NCBI GenBank assembly: GCA_024275415.1
Contig: JAJRZD010000022.1
Coordinates: 1-32,000 of the forward strand
Direction of reading: 5' to 3'
Source of the DNA: an archaeon
Lineage (GTDB): Archaea; Asgardarchaeota; Thorarchaeia; Thorarchaeales; Thorarchaeaceae
DNA length: 32,000 nucleotides
Shown here: positions 9,133-16,953 of the stretch, piece after piece
Layout of the letters: each line of letters starts with the position of its first letter
How positions within the stretch are numbered: the stretch's first letter is position 1
Translations under genes and position numbers: made by a program
Notes under the pieces: generated by a model
What the model was told of the DNA's origin: nothing
Databases searched by the model: none
Seen by the model: only the letters and a program-made list of their open reading frames with translations

Positions 9133-9430
9133 TATGAAGAGAATCGCAATCGGCTTGTTGGAGAGGACACAATCGGTCCCCCCCGACCACTGCTTTCGTC
9201 GTGGGGCGCTAACATGTGGTGGTTCCTGGTTAGTGGAACTCTCTGGCGTATGTTATCTATACTATTTGTGATATATAAGGCGATGCTTCGAAAAATCATT
9301 GTCTGGAACCTTCAGAGAATACGCCAAAACGCCAATTTCAGAGTGGTTTTTGCATCACGGTCAGTATACGTAAATTAGTGGAAACATTTGTGGATTTTTA
9401 CACTTGTTCCACTGCAATTCTGTTTCCGAG

Positions 9431-11080
9431 TTATGGGAGAGCGCTGAGCCATTCATTTACTTCATCCTCGGAGTTATGCCATATCTGCGACTCCTCATCC
9501 CACAGGGTTATGACTTTCTCAGTCCACGCATCTTCAGAAACGTACCACGGCCCGATGATAGAGTGCGAATCCAACAACATAGGCTTCATGTTGGGAAACA
9601 ATGATTGCAATACAAGTGCCATCCCTTGCAGTCCGCCATCTGGCAATCTCAGAAAAAGCATCCCATCATTATCACCTCCAATAAGAGATTGTGTGTAAGG
9701 GAGTCTCTGCCCCCACGAAATAACCGCATCAGCATAGGATGGCTCAGGGATATGGACAAAGAGGGATTCGTTCAACCCACAATGATGAAGGTCATACGAA
9801 TCTCGAAGGAGACCATGACTCTTCAGTTCGGTCAGCCGTGTCACCAAGCGTTTATACTTGACTCCTAAATGACATCTGATCTCGCGGAGAGGGATGCCCG
9901 TTGCATATTCTCCTATGAGACGAAAATCAGAATGTCTCAATGTCATGGGGAGTGCATCACATTTTTGCATATTTGGTGTCATCAAGACACTGAGGTTCTC
10001 ATTGTATATTCTTCGAAGATGCGGACCGAACAGCTCCCATGGCAATTCCCATGTGTTGCTTTCGGCACTATAATGGTCAAAACAACGGTTCAGACATTTC
10101 AAGTTGACAGGGATGAACCTGGTTTCGATGTCGTAGTCTGAGAGGATTCGAAGATAGAGATTGATGATATGAAAATTACGAGGGTTCTGAGGTACAAGGA
10201 GGTGAGCGACAATATCATGTTCGCCTGCAATGATGCGATTTGCAGAGTACAGGAAAGGGAAATCGATGATGTAGTCTGCGATCGATGACTCGTCGTAGCT
10301 GTTCATAAGCAATATGAACTCCTTCATACCCAATCCAGGATGAAATACCTCGACAGTTCGCCGAAGGACACCATGTTCTTGAAGCGTCGCCAGCCTACGC
10401 GAAACCCACGAAACTGTTTTCCCTGTTTCAGCAGCTAGTTCGATACGTTTTGTTTCAGGTGCTAATAACAGGCGACGGATGAGGCTGAAATCGGTTCGGG
10501 TGAGCTGGACTGAGAAGCGGCGCACACGTTCAAGCATATGTAAGACATAATCGGTTTCATCAAGTTTGAGACCACTTCTTTTCATCATTATGTACTCGTT
10601 GAGAAGTTTGTTGAAGTACTGCGCACCCGAGAAGCTCTGAAACAGATGGAACGCTGCAGAAGGATCATAGAATCCAGTAGATTCGTCCCCCTTTGTACCA
10701 GCGTAATACTTCCATCGTGAGTACCAGTATTTCAGGCTCTTTGACGGTAGCCACAGTGCACCAAAACCATATGCAAAATCCTCGAGGGCGGTTTCCTCGA
10801 ACCTTTCCTTCTCCAATGCCTTTCGCATGTACCCTCGCGCAAGCACACCAATATGGGGGATTTTCCCTCGAAGGCATTCATTGGACAAGACGAGTCTGTT
10901 CCCTTCGATCCACCCTCCAAAGTCGCGCTGACGAGACTCGTATGATGGGCGGATATCTTCTGGGGGTGAAACATAGTCAAGTCCAAAGTCCTTCTGGATA
11001 CGTTTAGAGATGCGCTCCCATGTGATGGTGATAAGCCCAGCCCATGAATCTCGGAACATACTGCCCTTGGATGAGTTCAT
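9431..11080 (-). CDS. Large transcriptional regulator with two Lrp/AsnC-type winged-helix modules
   Basis: LTRTDFSLIRRL...RIELAAETGKTVSWVSRRLATLQEHGVL...GLG and LRHSDFRLI...LREIRCHLGV...RLTELKSHGLL...CGL, each followed by an alpha/beta domain. Confidence 0.8.
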   Translation of the reverse strand: MNSSKGSMFRDSWAGLITITWERISKRIQKDFGLDYVSPPEDIRPSYESRQRDFGGWIEGNRLVLSNECLRGKIPHIGVLARGYMRKALEKERFEETALEDFAYGFGALWLPSKSLKYWYSRWKYYAGTKGDESTGFYDPSAAFHLFQSFSGAQYFNKLLNEYIMMKRSGLKLDETDYVLHMLERVRRFSVQLTRTDFSLIRRLLLAPETKRIELAAETGKTVSWVSRRLATLQEHGVLRRTVEVFHPGLGMKEFILLMNSYDESSIADYIIDFPFLYSANRIIAGEHDIVAHLLVPQNPRNFHIINLYLRILSDYDIETRFIPVNLKCLNRCFDHYSAESNTWELPWELFGPHLRRIYNENLSVLMTPNMQKCDALPMTLRHSDFRLIGEYATGIPLREIRCHLGVKYKRLVTRLTELKSHGLLRDSYDLHHCGLNESLFVHIPEPSYADAVISWGQRLPYTQSLIGGDNDGMLFLRLPDGGLQGMALVLQSLFPNMKPMLLDSHSIIGPWYVSEDAWTEKVITLWDEESQIWHNSEDEVNEWLSALP

Positions 11081-11275
11081 TTCGCATTTAAGTTTCTGGA
11101 TAGTTAGATAACGTTTCGACAGAGTCCATCTGGTTCAGATGTGACACCGCATAAAGAATTGAAAGTGTTCATAATCTTTTAAACTGGAAATAAAGGCATC
11201 ATAGCACTCTCTCCGATTCTGAGAATTCTATCTCCTTTCAGAGTCATTATATACCAAATCAAGGGCATTTTCCTT

Positions 11276-12487
11276 ATGGTGAAAGACTTGAAATTCAAGA
11301 AACCATTGATAACAACTTTACTACTTGCGGTCTTTGTTGTTGGACTTGTGGCACTTCCTGTTAGTGCTCATGGATCTGACGATGAAGGCATGCCTGGAAT
11401 GCCCGATGATATGGGACACATGCCAGGTCATGGGATGCAGGATGATTCCGTCGAGATAACAACGGATGACATCCGAATAAACGCCATGCTGGACATGCCT
11501 GCATTCCTGTTCTGGTATAATGCACCAGTTACTGACTTCAACGCAACAGCATTCATGGCAGCATATACAACCATTGCCGAGTTCGAAGACACGAATGGTG
11601 ACGGTGCATATCAGCTGAATGAAACACTGTATTCTGCACCTCTAGGTGCATATGAGTGGTCGATTCAGACCGGATCCGTCTTGGACGATAAAGGCGACAC
11701 GATCGAAGTGTGGTTGAAATACACAAAGAGTGGAGCACACACTGGCGGTGTGGACGACGACCATGAGATGCCCGGTATGTCATGGACTCCTCCAATGTAC
11801 CATGATGATACAAGTGTTGATAGGTTCGAGGACACCACTATCCAATTCTGGGCGCATATATATCTAGAGAACTTCACTGGGACTATCACTGACTCTGAAG
11901 GAGTTCAGGCAACCTACACGGTAGCCGGTGGTACCGAGATGAAGATCGACATTGAGATTGGTAACTTTCCGTTCAGCACGAACACATCAAAAGTCGCGAT
12001 CCAGACTGTGCTCAGGGAGCATCAGGACCTCTCCGACATGATGGACGGAGACCACATGTTCATGACACGAGAAGAATCTCGAAATAGCATTGGGAACTCG
12101 ATGATGAACTGGACAACAGAGCATGGCAATGAAACGCGGTTCGAGAACATGATGGGCACACATATTCAGGGCATCGATTTCATCGACAACAGTACTGGTC
12201 TTACTCAGGGATTCTATAGATGGGTCGACAAGGCAGTAATCACTACACCAGATAGCGAATCGGTGGCAGTGAACGTGACGGCTTCCTATGTCGCAACGGG
12301 AATGGGATTTTCCCTGTTCTTTGCATATCCCAATTTCAGCAATGGGACTCTACTACATGACCCATCAATAGGCATCATTGAGGATGCAAAACCAACATAT
12401 GATATCCCATGGATCCCGGTGACAGCCATATCGATAGTAGGTGTGGCCCTGGTGGTCATCGTGGGTATCGCAATTCGCAGGAGGTAG
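11276..12487 (+). CDS. Secreted, C-terminally membrane-anchored His/Met-rich surface protein
   Basis: Signal peptide (KKPLITTLLLAVFVVGLVALPVSA), three His/Met-rich insertions, LHDPSIG motif, C-terminal TM and RRR tail. Confidence 0.85.
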   Translation: MVKDLKFKKPLITTLLLAVFVVGLVALPVSAHGSDDEGMPGMPDDMGHMPGHGMQDDSVEITTDDIRINAMLDMPAFLFWYNAPVTDFNATAFMAAYTTIAEFEDTNGDGAYQLNETLYSAPLGAYEWSIQTGSVLDDKGDTIEVWLKYTKSGAHTGGVDDDHEMPGMSWTPPMYHDDTSVDRFEDTTIQFWAHIYLENFTGTITDSEGVQATYTVAGGTEMKIDIEIGNFPFSTNTSKVAIQTVLREHQDLSDMMDGDHMFMTREESRNSIGNSMMNWTTEHGNETRFENMMGTHIQGIDFIDNSTGLTQGFYRWVDKAVITTPDSESVAVNVTASYVATGMGFSLFFAYPNFSNGTLLHDPSIGIIEDAKPTYDIPWIPVTAISIVGVALVVIVGIAIRRR

Positions 12488-12495
12488 AAACATAG

Positions 12496-12939
12496 ATGAC
12501 ATACTCTTCTTCATACAAACCTACAGAAGCATACATACTATCCCTATTCGCAGGATTAGCGATAAGCCTTGCCGGGCTTTTCTGGCTCGCAATGATGTTC
12601 ATTGGCCCAGCCCTAAACTGGGGCTTTTTCATGATGCATGGGGATGAAGCTGGCTACTACATGTGGGATTTCGGAATCTTTGGACTCAGCATGGGAGTGA
12701 TCGGGCTAATCGTCGGTGTTGCCATCATCGGCTCAGCAATCATGCTCCAATCGAAGCCCAAGGAGCATTCAACATGGGGCACAGTCATCATCATTCTCTC
12801 AGCCTTTAGCATCTTTGGCGGAATGGGTGGGATGGGCATCGGACTGATACTGGGCATCATCGGAGGCATTCTTGCGATAACATGGACGCCAGCTGAGAAA
12901 GAACAAGTCCAGCATATTCCGGTCAACAATCCACTATAG
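12496..12939 (+). CDS. Small Gly-rich multi-pass membrane protein
   Basis: Hydrophobic segments including FSIFGGMGGMGIGLILGIIGGILAI and an MMHGD loop; starts 8 nt after the upstream stop. Confidence 0.8.
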   Translation: MTYSSSYKPTEAYILSLFAGLAISLAGLFWLAMMFIGPALNWGFFMMHGDEAGYYMWDFGIFGLSMGVIGLIVGVAIIGSAIMLQSKPKEHSTWGTVIIILSAFSIFGGMGGMGIGLILGIIGGILAITWTPAEKEQVQHIPVNNPL

Positions 12940-12953
12940 AATCTATACAATCG

Positions 12954-13008
12954 GGGGTATCACGACGGGCGGCTTGCCTTGGGCGTGTACCCCTAGTTCT
13001 TTATTTTT
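12954..13008 (+). terminator. Hairpin + T-rich tract after the 11276-12939 operon
   Basis: GGGGTA-T-CACG ... CGTG-TACCCC stem followed by TAGTTCTTTATTTTT. Confidence 0.55.
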
Positions 13009-13079
13009 GTCACCGAGTGCCAGGTCTTCAAATTGCTCAACCACTATCAAGTCAATGTGCTTGTGTATCGCGATGAAAT

Positions 13080-14090
13080 CTATTTCTCGATGATGTGAAC
13101 AACATTCTGTCTCCCTTCACGGAAGCGCTTCACCAATCCTCTTTCCTCCATTCCTGCAAGCACCAGACTCAACTTGGATTCGCTCATGTCCAGCTGATGA
13201 TACAATTCTTTCTGAGGGCAGAATCCACCCTTTGTCTTGAGGGCATCCACAATCTTTTCCTCCTCACTGGTAAGACCTTGATATTGCACGACCCTGATTC
13301 GTCGCAGTCGCGACACCATCCTTGGTCCAACTTTCGAAACCATTAACCCCGCAATGAAACTAGCAGTGCTGAGGAGGACTGAAGAGAGAAGGGGATCCTG
13401 TGCCTCCACAACTGGATCGGTATATTCCTGAAATTGCACGATGAACACGCTCTCTTGACCAGGCTGAAGAGAAGACACATGCCAGACAAATGCAAGCGAC
13501 TCGCCATCAGTGAAGTTTGCGTCTGCCTTGGGAAACAAGGGCACCGATGAGGTGTGCGCGAGGAATGCGTGATTAGGAAGGAATGCTATGAATGTGACAT
13601 TGGCTATGGCGATGTGAGGGCGCATGTAGTATACAAAGTTACCTTCGCGGATGCTGTCGATCGTAATGCCCATGCTTGACTGCAAATCGCCGCTCAGTAT
13701 CTGTAGTTGGATCCTCTTGGTTTCTCCTGCACTGATGCCATTTTGAAGATCCACAGTGATCATTGAGTGGCGATCCATCTGTTCCACTGTTGCGCTTGTT
13801 GCCTCATCATCGCTCGATGCAGAAACGATAGTAATATCCAACGAATCGACCCTGACCTCAACCTCTGTTAATGTGTCTAATCCAAAATAGTGCACCTGCG
13901 CTTCAAATATGATTGTCGTGGTACCGTTCGAGTGAATCATCGCCTTGATATCAACTGGGTCAAAGAGTATCTCGCCAGCATCATCACTTTGTGCCGCGAC
14001 CCCCTTGAGGCTCATTGACGTGACCACAAGCAGAATCATGAGAGCAAGAAAGAAACGGGTATCTGAAAGTCTGTGATCGTTCATATTCAT
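13080..14090 (-). CDS. Membrane-anchored winged-helix transcriptional regulator (COG2512-like): signal/TM, extracellular beta domain, TM, cytoplasmic HTH
   Basis: C-terminal LTSEEEKIVDALKTKGG...QKELYHQLDMSESKLSLVLAGMEERGLVKRFREGRQNVV; N-terminal hydrophobic FFLALMILLVVTSMSL; second TM LLSSVLLSTASFIAGLMV; GAGGTGA RBS. Confidence 0.85.
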   Translation of the reverse strand: MNMNDHRLSDTRFFLALMILLVVTSMSLKGVAAQSDDAGEILFDPVDIKAMIHSNGTTTIIFEAQVHYFGLDTLTEVEVRVDSLDITIVSASSDDEATSATVEQMDRHSMITVDLQNGISAGETKRIQLQILSGDLQSSMGITIDSIREGNFVYYMRPHIAIANVTFIAFLPNHAFLAHTSSVPLFPKADANFTDGESLAFVWHVSSLQPGQESVFIVQFQEYTDPVVEAQDPLLSSVLLSTASFIAGLMVSKVGPRMVSRLRRIRVVQYQGLTSEEEKIVDALKTKGGFCPQKELYHQLDMSESKLSLVLAGMEERGLVKRFREGRQNVVHIIEK

Positions 14091-14121
14091 GTCACCTCAG
14101 TGATTTAGGACGAGTGAGAAG

Positions 14122-14138
14122 TGGAATCATTGATTCCA
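14122..14138. promoter_or_regulatory. Perfect palindrome, candidate operator of the membrane-anchored regulator
   Basis: TGGAATCA-T-TGATTCCA, 32-48 bp upstream of the start at 14090. Confidence 0.45.
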
Positions 14139-14410
14139 GTCTGTACAAGGTCAATCCTGATTTTGGTAATATGCGTTGGTATAGCTGCCTTTCGAGGTCT
14201 TACTCATGCCGTTACTCGCTGATATAAACAGAAACACTTCAGTTGTGATGCACATGACATCATACAGGTCTCAGGCAACAACCAGTATATCCTGCATGAT
14301 GTATCCATCCCGATATATTTATGTGTGGTGGTTGTGCTATATATCATAGCCGATACATCGATTCCGATGTAGGTTCGCGTATAAAACATCAAAGGAAGCC
14401 AAATAGAAAA

Positions 14411-14971
14411 ATGATAGAAATCATATTCTGGATAGTACTGGTGTCAGTTATGATACTGTTCTTGGGACTTGGAATAAGTATTGGCTTTCCCAAGCATCGT
14501 ATCTGGCCACCGCCAGGATCGTTACAATACCGAACCGCATGGATGCTCATCGTCATCGCGTCAGTTGGAGTCCCAGTAGTGGGAATCCTTGACTGGGACA
14601 GTCTGGGTCAGCTACACTGGATACGGTTCCTGATAGGAGGAGGGCTTATTATTGCCTCTTCGGCACTGATGGTATGGGGATTAAGAACACTGAGCATGCA
14701 TCAGAGCCTAGGACTGGAAGGGACTCTTGTGACCTCTGGGCCCTACAAGTACACCCGAAATCCTCAGTACCTTGCATTGCTAGTGTTCTATAGTGCATTC
14801 ATACTCGTTTCAAGCTCATTTCTCGCGCTGATTACGGGAATCCTTCTCATACTCATGTATGCACTGACGCCGCTTAGCGAGGAACCTTGGCTAGAGGAAC
14901 AGTTTGGAGATGCTTACCTAGAATACAAGAAACAAGTCCCGAGGTTCATTGGATTCAAGAAGAAACAGTAA
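14411..14971 (+). CDS. Isoprenylcysteine carboxyl methyltransferase / PEMT-family membrane methyltransferase
   Basis: LVTSGPYKYTRNPQY and EE..L...FGDAYLEYKKQVPRFI motifs with several TMs. Probable ATG at 14411 with TATAAAA ~30 nt upstream. Confidence 0.88.
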   Translation: MIEIIFWIVLVSVMILFLGLGISIGFPKHRIWPPPGSLQYRTAWMLIVIASVGVPVVGILDWDSLGQLHWIRFLIGGGLIIASSALMVWGLRTLSMHQSLGLEGTLVTSGPYKYTRNPQYLALLVFYSAFILVSSSFLALITGILLILMYALTPLSEEPWLEEQFGDAYLEYKKQVPRFIGFKKKQ

Positions 14972-15087
14972 ATTCTCTCATATTTAAAGAGAAAAGAACC
15001 AGTGGTGGGATAGATTGAATCTCAGACACAAAGAGGGCAGGAAAAAAATATTAGCAGCCAGGGAAAAGCCACTATAGGGATTGAGAG

Positions 15088-15573
15088 ATGTCTAACCACT
15101 CCATAGATTCAAAAGAAAGGAGTTTCAGCGTGTATGCGATTATATGCGCAAGTGGGTGGATAGGAACCTCCCTCTTTATATTCTTCAAATCGCTCGAATC
15201 CCCATCGGATTGGCCAGCAGACTTCCCGGGGCCAAGCCCTAGTATCATGCCATGGGTTGCACTGGGGTTCGTGCTTATTGGAATTATAATAATGTTTTAT
15301 TTCGTGAATCAGATAAAAAACTGGCCCGCACAGATGGAACCAACGAAATATTACGACCAGCCATCAGGTCTAACAGGAGTGACCGGTCTTGGAGGTTCGC
15401 GTCCGATCGAATCGGGGTATAGCGACAGATCCACTTTGAGGATACCAGAGATTTGTAGTAAGTGCAAGTATGTGTTGCCTACAGAGGGACTTGATTGGAT
15501 GGGCCCACTTGAGTTTAGATGTCCACGTTGTGGTGCGGTTCAGCATGCAAAAAAAGAAGAATGGTACTCATAG
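15088..15573 (+). CDS. Two-TM membrane protein with C-terminal zinc ribbon
   Basis: Two hydrophobic segments, then CSKC...CPRC. Confidence 0.8.
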   Translation: MSNHSIDSKERSFSVYAIICASGWIGTSLFIFFKSLESPSDWPADFPGPSPSIMPWVALGFVLIGIIIMFYFVNQIKNWPAQMEPTKYYDQPSGLTGVTGLGGSRPIESGYSDRSTLRIPEICSKCKYVLPTEGLDWMGPLEFRCPRCGAVQHAKKEEWYS

Positions 15574-15712
15574 TGGAACAACTTTTTCCTGCGATAGTGT
15601 GATGAGAAGGATCAAATTTGTCCGTTTGCTATTTGCATTGTGCCGAGTCACTAGTTGAAAGAGAACCGTCAGGGGTAGCTGGCAGCTATGGAAAACCTGT
15701 ACCTCTCTCAGA

Positions 15713-15964
15713 TTGTCTTTCAAGAAATCCTGTAGGTGCTTGAATAGCATAGGGATTGGCATCTTTCATATTTGGCGCGCCTACAAACGACCATCGCGTG
15801 TTGAACAGGTAGCATATGGTTCAGTCGACACTTCGGGAATGGACATCCCCGATGTTTGTAGCAAGTGCAAGTATGTGTTGCCTACAGAGGGGCTTGATTG
15901 GATGGATCCGCTTGAGTTCAAGTGCCCACATTGTGGCGATATCCAACATCCGAGAAACAGATGA
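15713..15964 (+). pseudogene. Partial duplicate of the preceding zinc-ribbon gene
   Basis: IPDVCSKCKYVLPTEGLDWMDPLEFKCPHCG matches 26/31 residues of the upstream copy. 43 nt (15863-15905) match 15460-15502 with one mismatch. No intact TM-encoding 5' part. Confidence 0.65.
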
Positions 15965-16021
15965 CCGAGTATTTTTGGCGAAGGATTATCTTCTTTCAAT
16001 TCTTAATTGAGTCGAGAAAAA

Positions 16022-16348
16022 ATGCGCACTACAGGGATATGACCAAAATGTGGAGATAGACGGATTGCAGGACCCCATCGTGTACATGGTGGCGATGGGT
16101 GGGTGAAAATTGACCTGCCGGGAATAACTACAGCTACGCTTGACTCATACACCTGCGCGAATTGTGGATATACGGAGATGTATGCGGACAGGAGAGGACT
16201 GGATAACCTGCGTCGCTCAGGCAGGTTCTTACAGAAACAACCGCAACAAGGCCGGCTTCAGCCGCAGACAACAAAATGCCCAGTCTGCATGACTCCAGTC
16301 AGGCCTGGCACAGCGAGATGTCCTGAGTGTGGCTATGACCTGACCTAG
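16022..16348 (+). CDS. Double zinc-ribbon protein (COG3478/DUF2082-like N-domain) with in-frame TGA at codon 7 in place of the first Cys
   Basis: ATG 16022: MRTTGI*PKCGDRR...W continues in frame into VKIDLP...TCANCGYTEMY...CPVC...CPECG. Confidence 0.75.
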
Positions 16349-16854
16349 TATACCTGAGCAGTCCAAGGGCCTTTGTATTCAATGGCAAAGACGATTCCCG
16401 CAACGATCGAGAGAACTCCAGCAAGCAAACCGGGAATAATAGCGGGAAAAATATCCTCGAGGAGGTCACCTGCGAACAGTAAGACGAGGATGATAATGCC
16501 AACCCCTGTACAGATACCACAACAAGGAGTAGATTGGATACGTTGTCCAGTGTCGTAGGTCGTGGTGGTTCTCACTGTTGCGGCAGTGGTATAGTCTTTA
16601 GTGTACGTCACAGTCTGGTCACCAATGAAGGACAGTTGTCCGGTGTACGCCATATGAGCAATAATCAGTATGACGACTCCAGAGGTTCCAGCGACGAAAG
16701 CCCCAAGGTCGCTATCGAAGGCGACTGCACTGATTGCTGCTTGGGTGGAAAGCAAAATCGAACTGATGACAAAGAGAATGGTTACATTCTTTGAACCTTG
16801 CGCTGTGTTTCCTCCTAGTAAAAATCTAGAGGGAATCGGTGACAAATCATACAT
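16345..16854 (-). CDS. Hypothetical 4-TM membrane protein
   Basis: Four hydrophobic segments and a Thr-rich loop ending in PCCGIC; the stop overlaps the convergent gene. Confidence 0.7.
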   Translation of the reverse strand: MYDLSPIPSRFLLGGNTAQGSKNVTILFVISSILLSTQAAISAVAFDSDLGAFVAGTSGVVILIIAHMAYTGQLSFIGDQTVTYTKDYTTAATVRTTTTYDTGQRIQSTPCCGICTGVGIIILVLLFAGDLLEDIFPAIIPGLLAGVLSIVAGIVFAIEYKGPWTAQVY

Positions 16855-16953
16855 ATGTTAGCAAATCTTGGATTTGTCCACAAATGAATCATAGCCTGCT
16901 TAGCAACGGAAGATAGCCACCATTTGAAACACATCATGCATATGCTCGGTGTC

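Noticed and set aside
14411-14971. ICMT-like gene as evidence for eukaryote-type CaaX prenylation
   Set aside because: The ICMT/PEMT family is widespread in prokaryotes; no CaaX-ending protein or prenyltransferase is present in the window.
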